Assembly (NCBI GenBank): GCA_027451825.1
Contig: DAIDHZ010000001.1
Span: 96,745-160,744, forward strand
Direction of reading: 5' to 3'
DNA: 64,000 nucleotides
Source of the DNA: Chlamydiota bacterium
GTDB taxonomy: Bacteria > Chlamydiota > Chlamydiia > Chlamydiales > SM23-39
Shown here: positions 55,087-62,970 of the stretch, piece by piece
Position numbering within the stretch: the first letter of the stretch is position 1
Layout: each line of letters begins with the position of its first letter
Notes under the pieces: generated by a model
Told to the model about the DNA's origin: nothing
What the model saw: the letters and a program-made list of their open reading frames with translations, nothing else
The model's database searches: none
Translations under genes and position numbers: made by a program

Positions 55087-55345
55087 TTATCGACTTTATA
55101 CAAACAAGAAGCAATTTGTTTGATTTAGGTTTTCAATTGTTCGTGTTAATCAAATAATTTAATTGCAGATAGCTGATGTTTATACATGTTATTTCATGGA
55201 TTTGTAGCGGAGGTAAAGCAAGTACGTGATAGTCGCAGAAAAACGAACGATTTTTGATGTATCCATTTGATAAATAGCATGTTGTGATGATCATACATTC
55301 ACAAAAAGATGCTATTTTTGTGAAAAATAGAGGCTGTAGTAACCA

Positions 55346-55955
55346 ATGGGCCAAAGTATTGAAGTTGCAGTGAAAAATAGAATTACTGATCATGGTCGGG
55401 GATGGTGCTTTACCTCAATCCATTTTTCAGATTTGGGTGGCGATGCTTCTATTCGCAAGGCTCTCTCTCAGCTTCAAAAACAAAACGTCATTCGTCGGCT
55501 TGCGCAAGGTGTTTATGACTATCCCAAAATGCACGATGTATTGGGCTTAATCCCCCCCCGATTTAAATGAGGTTGCGAAAGCAATTGCCGAAAAAAATGG
55601 GGTTCAAATCCAACCAGCTGGTGCTTACGCGGCAAATTTGGTTGGCCTTTCTGTACAGGTTCCTGGTCGTATTATCTTTTTAACTGAAGGCCCCTCAAGG
55701 AGAGTCAAAATTGGCAATCAAGAAATCATTTTTAAAAAGGCCACTAAAAAAGTCATGTCTTCTGCGGGAACTAGAGAGGGTCTTTTGATTCAAGCCTTGA
55801 AAAATTTGGGAAAAGATCACATTGACCAGACAGCACGCATGCAAATTTCAAAATTCCTCAAGGGTTCCACTGAAAAAGAAGTGAGACAAAATATGAAATT
55901 TGCTCCTGCATGGATACGAGCCCTTGTTTTTGAAATTATGGGGCTTGAGCCATGA
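55346..55955 (+). pseudogene. abiEi: abiEi-type (type IV TA) antitoxin gene, frameshifted at a C8 tract
   Basis: ORFs 55346..55570 and 55638..55955 are the two halves of one AbiEi-like protein. Removing one C from the run at 55552-55559 gives the continuous reading ...GLIPPDLNEVAKAIAEKNGVQIQPAGAYAANLVGLSVQVPGR... Confidence 0.75.
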
Positions 55956-56693
55956 ATGAGATCCACCTCCACCTTTTATCTAAAGAGGAACGTGCACTGT
56001 TCTTTAGGACAGCAGCAGAGATCATGCATATGCCTTTCGAAATTATTGAGAAGGACTATTGGGTTGTGTGGGTTTTGGAAAGGTTATTTTCGTTAGTGAA
56101 AATGAAGTCTCATCTCACCTTCAAGGGAGCACTTCACTTTCAAAAGCATACGGATTAATCGATCGCTTTTCCGAAGATATTGATCTTTCAATTGAAAGGG
56201 GATTCTTTGGTTTTAACGCCCCCAGCGATCCTGAAAATGCGCCTTCCAAAAAGAAACAAAGAACGATTCTGGATCATCTTTCACAAGCTTGCTCCAACTA
56301 TGTGCAAACTGAGATGTTGGGCGATCTGAAAGATGCTATTGGCACAAAGCTTGGAACTGCTAGCGACTGGAGAATTTTCTGCGATCTAGAAGATCCAGAT
56401 GCTCAAACACTGCTATTTGAATATCCAAGCGAAACAACAAGCGCCGGATACATTCGACCCCTTGTGAAAATCGAAATCGGCGCAAGATCAGAACACTGGC
56501 CTGTCAGTGAACATAAAATACATAGTTACGCTAAAGAGGCGCTGAAGGAGAAAATTCATGAGCCTGAAACGTGGGTTCGAGTGTTGAATGCTGAACGAAC
56601 TTTCTGGGAGAAAGCGACAATTCTTCACCAATATGCGCATCTACCAGAAGATAAAAAACTTCCACCGCGAATTTCAAGGCATTTTTATGACTT
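55952..56693 (+). pseudogene. abiEii: abiEii-type nucleotidyltransferase toxin gene, frameshifted and 3'-truncated
   Basis: The family motif FKGGTSLSKAYGLI.RFSEDIDL is split between frames at about 56125-56130, where one G is missing. The reading frame loses family similarity after SRHFYD at about 56693, where the GNAT gene begins. Confidence 0.75.
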
Positions 56694-57076
56694 TGGATTT
56701 AAAGAAGCAAATCTACGAGGGCTTTAGTAGGCATGCTATAGCAATGACAGGCCACGATGAAAAATTTGACCCTGTAGCTTTTATAGCCAATGACAAAGAG
56801 TGTTTTGCTGGTGCGATTGTTGCAGAGCTTTTCTGGGGAGCATTACATATAAAATATATTTACGTTGAGGATGGATATCGAGGAAAAGGAATCGGCTCTC
56901 ATCTTATGGAATATGCTCTAAAATATGGCCGTGATAAAAAATGTCCTTTTGCTTTTGTTGAAACCATGAGTTTTCAGGCTCTTGATTTCTATCGAAAAGT
57001 AGGGTTTGAGTTGGAATTTACCCGATCTGGCTATAAACATGGCACTTCATTTCATTACTTACAAAAAACCTTATAG
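56687..57076 (+). CDS. GNAT family N-acetyltransferase
   Basis: Acetyl-CoA motif V...YRGKGIGSHLM..A. 129 aa starting at MTLDLKK. Confidence 0.75.
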   Translation: MTLDLKKQIYEGFSRHAIAMTGHDEKFDPVAFIANDKECFAGAIVAELFWGALHIKYIYVEDGYRGKGIGSHLMEYALKYGRDKKCPFAFVETMSFQALDFYRKVGFELEFTRSGYKHGTSFHYLQKTL

Positions 57077-57166
57077 AAAGTGCATGGTAATTTACCCACA
57101 AGCTGTGGGGAAATTGAAGTTTTGCTCGAAGCAAAACAGGTAGGAGAAAAATCGAGAAAGGTTGAA

Positions 57167-58000
57167 ATGGAATCTTATTTGAATTTGTTGGAAGAATCTT
57201 TTCCTGGGATTAAAAATAATATAATTCGTTGTGAGTCTCTTGGTTTTGAATGGGCTGGCGAAGGACGCATATTCGTTAAAGAAGAAGATGGGAAAGCTGT
57301 TTGCCATGTAGGTTATTATGAAACTTCCGCGCTCATAGAAGGTGGCTGGTGTAAAATAGGAGCTCTTCATGCTATTTGCACACAATCCTCTCGTCGAAAC
57401 CAGGGACATGCTTCTCAGTTGATTTTGGATGCGCTCAAGTGGGCGGAAAAGCATTGTTCGATTGTCATCCTTTTTACGGAAATTCCAAAGTTTTATACGC
57501 GTTTATCTTTTCAAGAGATTCAGGAGTATCGATTCCATCTTCCTTGTGAGCATGTGAAAGGAGATAAGGTGTTAAGACAAATTCAAATTCCAAATGATAG
57601 CGATCTATTTCTTCGATGTTTTCGGGAAAGGGACTCTTTGTCTCATCGTTTTTGGATCAAAGATAATGGAGCTATTGCTTCTTTTAACACTCTTTTTGCC
57701 ACTTACCCTACATTTTGGTCTCTACATTACAGCCCTGCGATTGATGGGTTGCTTTCCTTTAAGGTGGAAAACCAAACATTACATTTATTTGATGTTGTAG
57801 CGAAAAAGATTCCGTCGTTAGAGCTAATTCTTGATCATTTCCAGACTCCAATAAAGGACATTTATTTTTATTTTTCTCCCGATCGTTTCGTTCAGAGTGC
57901 TGTGCCTGAGCCATATCTTTATGATCATGGGCATCTCATGGTTCATGGTGCTATGCCGACTGTTGGTCCTTTCATGATAGCCCCTCTTTCTAGGTGCTAA
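57167..58000 (+). CDS. GNAT acetyltransferase with a C-terminal extension (Eis-like architecture)
   Basis: The GNAT motif is HAICTQSSRRNQGHASQLI. The ~130-aa C-terminal domain ends in ...FMIAPL, as in the SCP2-like tails of Eis-type enzymes. Start set at Met30 (57167). Confidence 0.65.
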   Translation: MESYLNLLEESFPGIKNNIIRCESLGFEWAGEGRIFVKEEDGKAVCHVGYYETSALIEGGWCKIGALHAICTQSSRRNQGHASQLILDALKWAEKHCSIVILFTEIPKFYTRLSFQEIQEYRFHLPCEHVKGDKVLRQIQIPNDSDLFLRCFRERDSLSHRFWIKDNGAIASFNTLFATYPTFWSLHYSPAIDGLLSFKVENQTLHLFDVVAKKIPSLELILDHFQTPIKDIYFYFSPDRFVQSAVPEPYLYDHGHLMVHGAMPTVGPFMIAPLSRC

Positions 58001-58378
58001 AATGTGGAAAAACATTTCTGTAATGCGTAAAAATTGCGTAATTTCGTCTGGCATCAGCTTGTTGATCTCTGATTTCTCTATAGGAAATTAGATTTAGGTG
58101 GCGAGATTAGTGATCTCAGACCTTTTTTATTTCCAAGAGTTCCAAATAAAATGCTCTTAAAAGCATTTCTATTCGAAATCCAAAAAATTTATTTAATCTG
58201 AATTTACAGAAACGATGTTACACTACCAAACACTATTCCTTTTGGATGCGGCAGTATCCCAATCTTCGCCCCTGGCCAGCTCCCTATTTTAAAAGCCCTG
58301 GGGATGCTCTTGAAAAGTCCCATATCAATATGAAGGACTGGGTCAACTGTGGATTATCAAGCCATGGGCTATAGGGGA

Positions 58379-59275
58379 TTACTTAATTTTTTTATGATCG
58401 GCAATGACATCTTCAATGATGCGCCAACATTGCTTAGATTCTGAATTGTTTGGATTGGTAAGCCCTGCAGCAACCACCAAAGCCTTCCATAAGGTCCAAC
58501 CACGTGCACGAGCCCAAGTCCCTTGATCTAGGGGAAGCGCTTTTTGAAAAGTTTCTCTACTTCGTCCATGAAATAAGGTCCAGTTGATTGCAAGATCACA
58601 TGCTGGATCACCAGCAGCTAACTGACCAAAATCAATAACAGCACAAAGTTTGCCCTTTTGTACCAATAGATTGCCTGCACTTATATCACCATGAACCCAC
58701 ACTGGTAGATGTTTCCAAGAAGTTGAAAGGGCAGCTTCCCAAACCTCAGTTGCCATAGTAGCATCAATTTTATCCTTTAAGAAAGCAATAGAACGACGTG
58801 TTTCATTGTCATAAACCGATAGTGATCCTCCCCTAAAAAAGCTATGTAATCCAGGTGGTGGTCCACCCGTTGCATCAATTTTTTGTAGAGCTGTAAGAAA
58901 GTCACCAAGATCAATCGCCAACTCAACGAGATCGCCTATTTTCGCAGAGGCTGCGGTCTCACCATCAAGCCATCGATAAATGGACCATTTCCAAGGATAG
59001 TCATATTCAGGTTTTCCCATAGCCAGAGGTACAGGAATCAGAAGTGGAAGTCCAAGAGCCAATTGCGGTAACCATCGATGCTCTTTTTCTACCTGTAATT
59101 CATAATCAGCGGCGCTTGGCAAGCGAACTGACATATCTTTACCTAAGTGGAAAGTTCGATTGTCCCATCCACTTGTTGCAACAGGCTCGATAGAAAGCTC
59201 TTTCCATTGAGGAAATTGCGAAGCTATCAGACGACGTACAAGGGAAGCATCTATTGCTACACATTCTTCTTTCAT
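58379..59275 (-). CDS. Aminoglycoside/antibiotic phosphotransferase (APH) family kinase
   Basis: Brenner motif VHGDISAGNLLV and IDFGQLAAGDPACDLA. Confidence 0.8.
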   Translation of the reverse strand: MKEECVAIDASLVRRLIASQFPQWKELSIEPVATSGWDNRTFHLGKDMSVRLPSAADYELQVEKEHRWLPQLALGLPLLIPVPLAMGKPEYDYPWKWSIYRWLDGETAASAKIGDLVELAIDLGDFLTALQKIDATGGPPPGLHSFFRGGSLSVYDNETRRSIAFLKDKIDATMATEVWEAALSTSWKHLPVWVHGDISAGNLLVQKGKLCAVIDFGQLAAGDPACDLAINWTLFHGRSRETFQKALPLDQGTWARARGWTLWKALVVAAGLTNPNNSESKQCWRIIEDVIADHKKIK

Positions 59276-59793
59276 TCGGCTGTCTCCGCATCCCTTGTAG
59301 TAGCTCTATATCTCATGAGGCAATTTATCCCTCTTCCTGCAAAAACACCAAGGATGATGGTTGCAAAAAGTTCAAGCCCAAGGAATAAGAGTGACCCATT
59401 AAGGTGGGGCATCATTGAACTCATCATTCCAACTGAAAATTTTGAAGTAAAAATCGACATTGAGAGGATCAATGGAATCCAACTGCCTGGCATTTCAACT
59501 TTCTTTTTTTGCCTATCGAATTGGAGATTCAGCCTATGCATATGCAAAAATCCGATGGAAAACCCCACTCCCAAGCAAAGAAGCCAAAAAAGAATCGCTA
59601 AAGGATCAGTCGCATACTTTCCAAAAAATGAAAAAAGAGACCAACCAAAAAATATAGATGGGATCAAAAGCAATACCGCTATAGGTACCGCACTAGTCTT
59701 CCTTGCCTTTAGGCCGCCGAGCAATAGAATAGCGAATAAAGGCCACACAAAGAGTGGGATTTTAGTTATTATTTGTAGCATAAACTTCTCCAT
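59272..59793 (-). CDS. Hypothetical polytopic membrane protein
   Basis: 173 aa, about 5 TM segments. It is coupled by overlaps to padR upstream and aph downstream. Confidence 0.55.
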   Translation of the reverse strand: MEKFMLQIITKIPLFVWPLFAILLLGGLKARKTSAVPIAVLLLIPSIFFGWSLFSFFGKYATDPLAILFWLLCLGVGFSIGFLHMHRLNLQFDRQKKKVEMPGSWIPLILSMSIFTSKFSVGMMSSMMPHLNGSLLFLGLELFATIILGVFAGRGINCLMRYRATTRDAETAE

Positions 59794-60304
59794 ATTGTTC
59801 TTGTAATAAGGAAATATCCAATTCTAAATGAGCAAGCCCCACCAGAAGCGTCTTTAGCCAATAAGTTTTTCGTGGTGATTGTTTGATCAAAAAATCCTCG
59901 ATTTCCTTGTATTTTTCTCGGAGTTTTTTCAATTCTCGGAGTTTTTCATCGCAATGCCGTTGCATTTGTTCTTCTGTTGTTTCGTCGGTAAAAAAGAGTT
60001 TCAACAAAAATTCTTCTCTATGTTGATCAGGGTCTGGAGACCTTTTAAACCATTCTAAAAAAGCTTCTCTTCCTGCATTAGTGATGGTGAAAACTTCTTT
60101 TCTTCTTTTGCCTACATAAACTGGCTCAGCAGAAACAAACCCTTCTTTTGTAAGTAACTTGAGGGTGGGATAGATAGAAGCATCCGATTCTTGCCAAAAG
60201 TTGTTGGTCGATTCCTTAATCATTTCGCCTATTTCATAGCCAGATAGCGAGTCATTCAAAAGAAACCCCAGAATAACAAATTTAGTCTTCTTCTCTTTTG
60301 TCAT
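59762..60304 (-). CDS. padR: PadR family transcriptional regulator
   Basis: The N-terminal wHTH (ILGFL.....SGYEI...I.......W..S..SIYP.L..L..EG.V) is followed by a C-terminal helical domain. Confidence 0.85.
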   Translation of the reverse strand: MTKEKKTKFVILGFLLNDSLSGYEIGEMIKESTNNFWQESDASIYPTLKLLTKEGFVSAEPVYVGKRRKEVFTITNAGREAFLEWFKRSPDPDQHREEFLLKLFFTDETTEEQMQRHCDEKLRELKKLREKYKEIEDFLIKQSPRKTYWLKTLLVGLAHLELDISLLQEQYGEVYATNNN

Positions 60305-60320
60305 AAAACATTCTTCAATT

Positions 60321-60337
60321 TACCTAATGATTAGGTA
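60321..60337. promoter_or_regulatory. Candidate PadR operator (perfect 8-1-8 palindrome)
   Basis: tacctaat-g-attaggta lies 17-33 nt upstream of the padR start codon. Confidence 0.5.
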
Positions 60338-60478
60338 TCATAAGAAATGACAGGCTACATGTCAACAGAATTTAGGTTTTTTAGATTTTTCAGAAAGGCT
60401 ATTGACCCTAACGTATGCGTCATGGCTGAAGGAATAATGATTTTTGCAGATAGGGAACTAAAGTAGGAATATCGAGGT

Positions 60479-60507
60479 AAGGGGTGGAAACGCCCCTTAT
60501 TTTTTTA
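60479..60507 (+). terminator. Orphan rho-independent terminator (plus strand)
   Basis: aaggggtg-GAAA-cgcccctt followed by aTTTTTTT. No annotated plus-strand gene lies upstream. Confidence 0.65.
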
Positions 60508-60726
60508 CGCAAATTTTACGCACTAGACTGGATGAAACTGGCAAAAAGAAACCCAAGAGGGACTAAACGATTTGTCTTTAAATCCTTTAGCTTCTTGGGC
60601 TTATTTACTCTGGCTTACGCCAGTTTATTGGAGGTGGAGAGATGCATTCAGAACTTTTGATTGGTTGCAATTTTATCAAAAATTACAAAATTATTCTCAA
60701 GAATTGCATAGACCTTGGGTGGAAGT

Positions 60727-62772
60727 TTAAAATGTTTTGCCAATCTCAATCACTCCTTGATACGACTGATATTGTGATCCGAATTCATCTTGAAATCGAA
60801 GATCCAAATAAGGAACTTTCGTATTCCTTGAAATAAATAGCATTGAAAATTCAACAACGCCCAAATTTTGCACGGCAGTGAGGGTTTCTACAACAAAATT
60901 TCCGGGAGATCCTACAAGGTATGCTGTGAGTCTACCTGTGCCAAAGGCTTGCTGATAGGCATACGATGCTTTCTCGCGGAAGACAAGCCTGCCCCAATCA
61001 AACTGAACAATTTCATGAAAACGCAGGCCGCCTTCTGCTCGAATCAGTGAGCAAAATCTGCTTTTTTGCCCCATATTCAAGCTTCCCGCCCCTGTCTCTT
61101 TAAATCCCCGTTCCCAGTTTGCTACCCAATCGGTCATGACAAAGGGCTCAATCCCAAATCGACTTACATTGCAATTGGTCATCCAAAAGCCGTCATAACC
61201 TGTTTCAAAATGAGGAGCAAGCTGCCACCCGTTAATAGATGAACTTGCGACGGTATCAATTCCGGGGAAGGCGATGTTTCTCTGATTGCCGCTATGGTAA
61301 TATCCCCCCCAAACCCCAAGATCAAAATACCATCTGTCAGCATTTACAGTGCCGTATAGCGTTACAAAACCTTGGTTAATGTTGGCGCTGCCCGTATTTT
61401 TTTCTTCATTGACTTTAGAGTAAACATAAGTGCCTCCCAATCCAATGGCATTGTTTTCTTCTCCGGTCCACTCAATAGCCGCCACAACGCCCCCTAAGCC
61501 AATGTTGAAGACAGGAGCTTGGTTTTGCTTGCTTTGATGAACATACTCTCCAAATGGAGCAATCCAAATCGTAGTTTGGGATTTTTCAGCACAGGAAAAG
61601 TATGATATAGTATCTGAATTATCAGCAAGAAGGGCAATGTTTGTTTCTGAAGGCAATTGGCGATGATACCGTTTTTGGCGTCCATGATCTGCAACGGTTT
61701 GGCTTGCTGCAAGGAAAGCGTTTTGTGATGCAAAGGTAGAAAAGGCATTGCGTGTCGGAGCTACTGACATAAGAGCGGGCGGAAGCTCAGAATCTGTGAG
61801 TAGGGCCAGCAATCGGATGGTTTGTAAGGGGGCATTTGCGTTGAGATAATTAGCCACTTTGAGATTATTGCCGCTCAGTCTTGGCCCTCCCATCTGTAGT
61901 AAAAGAGCTGCTCCTACTAACCCGGTTGCGTTTGCAGCGGTGATATCGGCTAGTATGTAAGATGAGCCATTACTCAGATTGACAGCATAAACTTGACCGC
62001 CAATATTATTTACTGAATAGACCGTCGTGTGGTCTACAGCCACATTTTCAAGACTGGAGCCAGAAAAAGAAGATACAAGTGTAGAGGTTCCGGTCGCCAG
62101 ATCAACCCTATAAATGTCTCCGCCGAAAGCGCCGGAGACATAGGCAGTTGTATTGTTGGCTAGGGTTATCCCTTGAAGTCCAGGAGAGCTCGGAGAACCA
62201 ACTGGGGAGGCAGTTACGATCTGCGAGGCACCAGTTTGTAGATTGATAGCATAAATATTGTTGTCATTATAGCCCACTACATAAGCTGTGGAGTTGTTCC
62301 CAACGACGATATCTGTGGGCCCAGGAGTTCCAGGAAGTGTGGTGAAAAGAGAATGAGCTCCTGTTTGTAAGTCGATGCTGTAGATATCTTGGCTACCATA
62401 GTCTACAACATAGGCTGTAGAGCTGTTGGCTACAGTGATCGCAAAGAGGTCATTGTTGAGAAGAGGGGTGGATGTAACGAGCTTCCCTGCGCCGGTCTGC
62501 AAATTGATAGAGTAGACATTGCTATCACCTCCGTTAAGAGCGTAAGCTGTTGTGCTGTTTAATAGAGAAAAATCTGTGATACCTCCAAGAGGTCCTGGAC
62601 AGATGGCTACTTGGGTATACGCACCGTTCTGTCGATCGACGGCATAGATCGCATTATTATCGAGAATGATACTTGTATAAAGAGGTCCATTGGTTGAAAT
62701 TCCATAGACAAACCCAGAAAAAATGGAATAAATTGCCAACGAACTTAAAAAGAAATATTGTCTACCTATCAT
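60727..62772 (-). CDS. Autotransporter outer membrane protein with a YVTN-type beta-propeller passenger
   Basis: Signal-peptide-like N-terminus. Six ~45-aa repeats (..STAYVV.....IY.I.LQTG......). A C-terminal ~280-aa beta-domain ends in ...IEIGKTF. Confidence 0.8.
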   Translation of the reverse strand: MIGRQYFFLSSLAIYSIFSGFVYGISTNGPLYTSIILDNNAIYAVDRQNGAYTQVAICPGPLGGITDFSLLNSTTAYALNGGDSNVYSINLQTGAGKLVTSTPLLNNDLFAITVANSSTAYVVDYGSQDIYSIDLQTGAHSLFTTLPGTPGPTDIVVGNNSTAYVVGYNDNNIYAINLQTGASQIVTASPVGSPSSPGLQGITLANNTTAYVSGAFGGDIYRVDLATGTSTLVSSFSGSSLENVAVDHTTVYSVNNIGGQVYAVNLSNGSSYILADITAANATGLVGAALLLQMGGPRLSGNNLKVANYLNANAPLQTIRLLALLTDSELPPALMSVAPTRNAFSTFASQNAFLAASQTVADHGRQKRYHRQLPSETNIALLADNSDTISYFSCAEKSQTTIWIAPFGEYVHQSKQNQAPVFNIGLGGVVAAIEWTGEENNAIGLGGTYVYSKVNEEKNTGSANINQGFVTLYGTVNADRWYFDLGVWGGYYHSGNQRNIAFPGIDTVASSSINGWQLAPHFETGYDGFWMTNCNVSRFGIEPFVMTDWVANWERGFKETGAGSLNMGQKSRFCSLIRAEGGLRFHEIVQFDWGRLVFREKASYAYQQAFGTGRLTAYLVGSPGNFVVETLTAVQNLGVVEFSMLFISRNTKVPYLDLRFQDEFGSQYQSYQGVIEIGKTF

Positions 62773-62970
62773 GCCATCCTATTGAAATTTGCTATCCGAT
62801 TTATTTTAGTTTCGCGCAGCAGCAGCATAGCTTAAACGCTTTGGCTGTTTTAGATGCGCCAAAATATACAATCCAGATGTTTTGGAATTATTGAATAATA
62901 TATAAGCTTCTTCTTGAATTTTGTTAAGCTTTTCCTTTTGCTTTAAATCGCCCTCAAATCGGGTTCTCTC

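Larger units (their letters stand above)
58006..60541. mobile_element. Candidate transposase-less cargo cassette bounded by inverted twin-GCGTAA ends
   Basis: It has the same left and right ends as the 208-bp unit at 53408..53615, but they enclose padR, a membrane protein gene and aph. No transposase lies inside, and mobility is inferred only. Confidence 0.35.

Noticed and set aside
55590-55625. A tRNA T-arm-like string (ggggttcaaatccaacc)
   Set aside because: It lies in frame within the abiEi coding sequence (…NGVQIQPAG…). No acceptor or anticodon stems can be drawn around it.
60642-60836. A 64-aa ORF with an excellent SD (GGAGGTGGAGAG-ATG)
   Set aside because: Two thirds of it is antisense to the conserved C-terminal barrel of the autotransporter gene, and it has no recognisable features. 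The SD-like string may be incidental. This is left unresolved rather than annotated.
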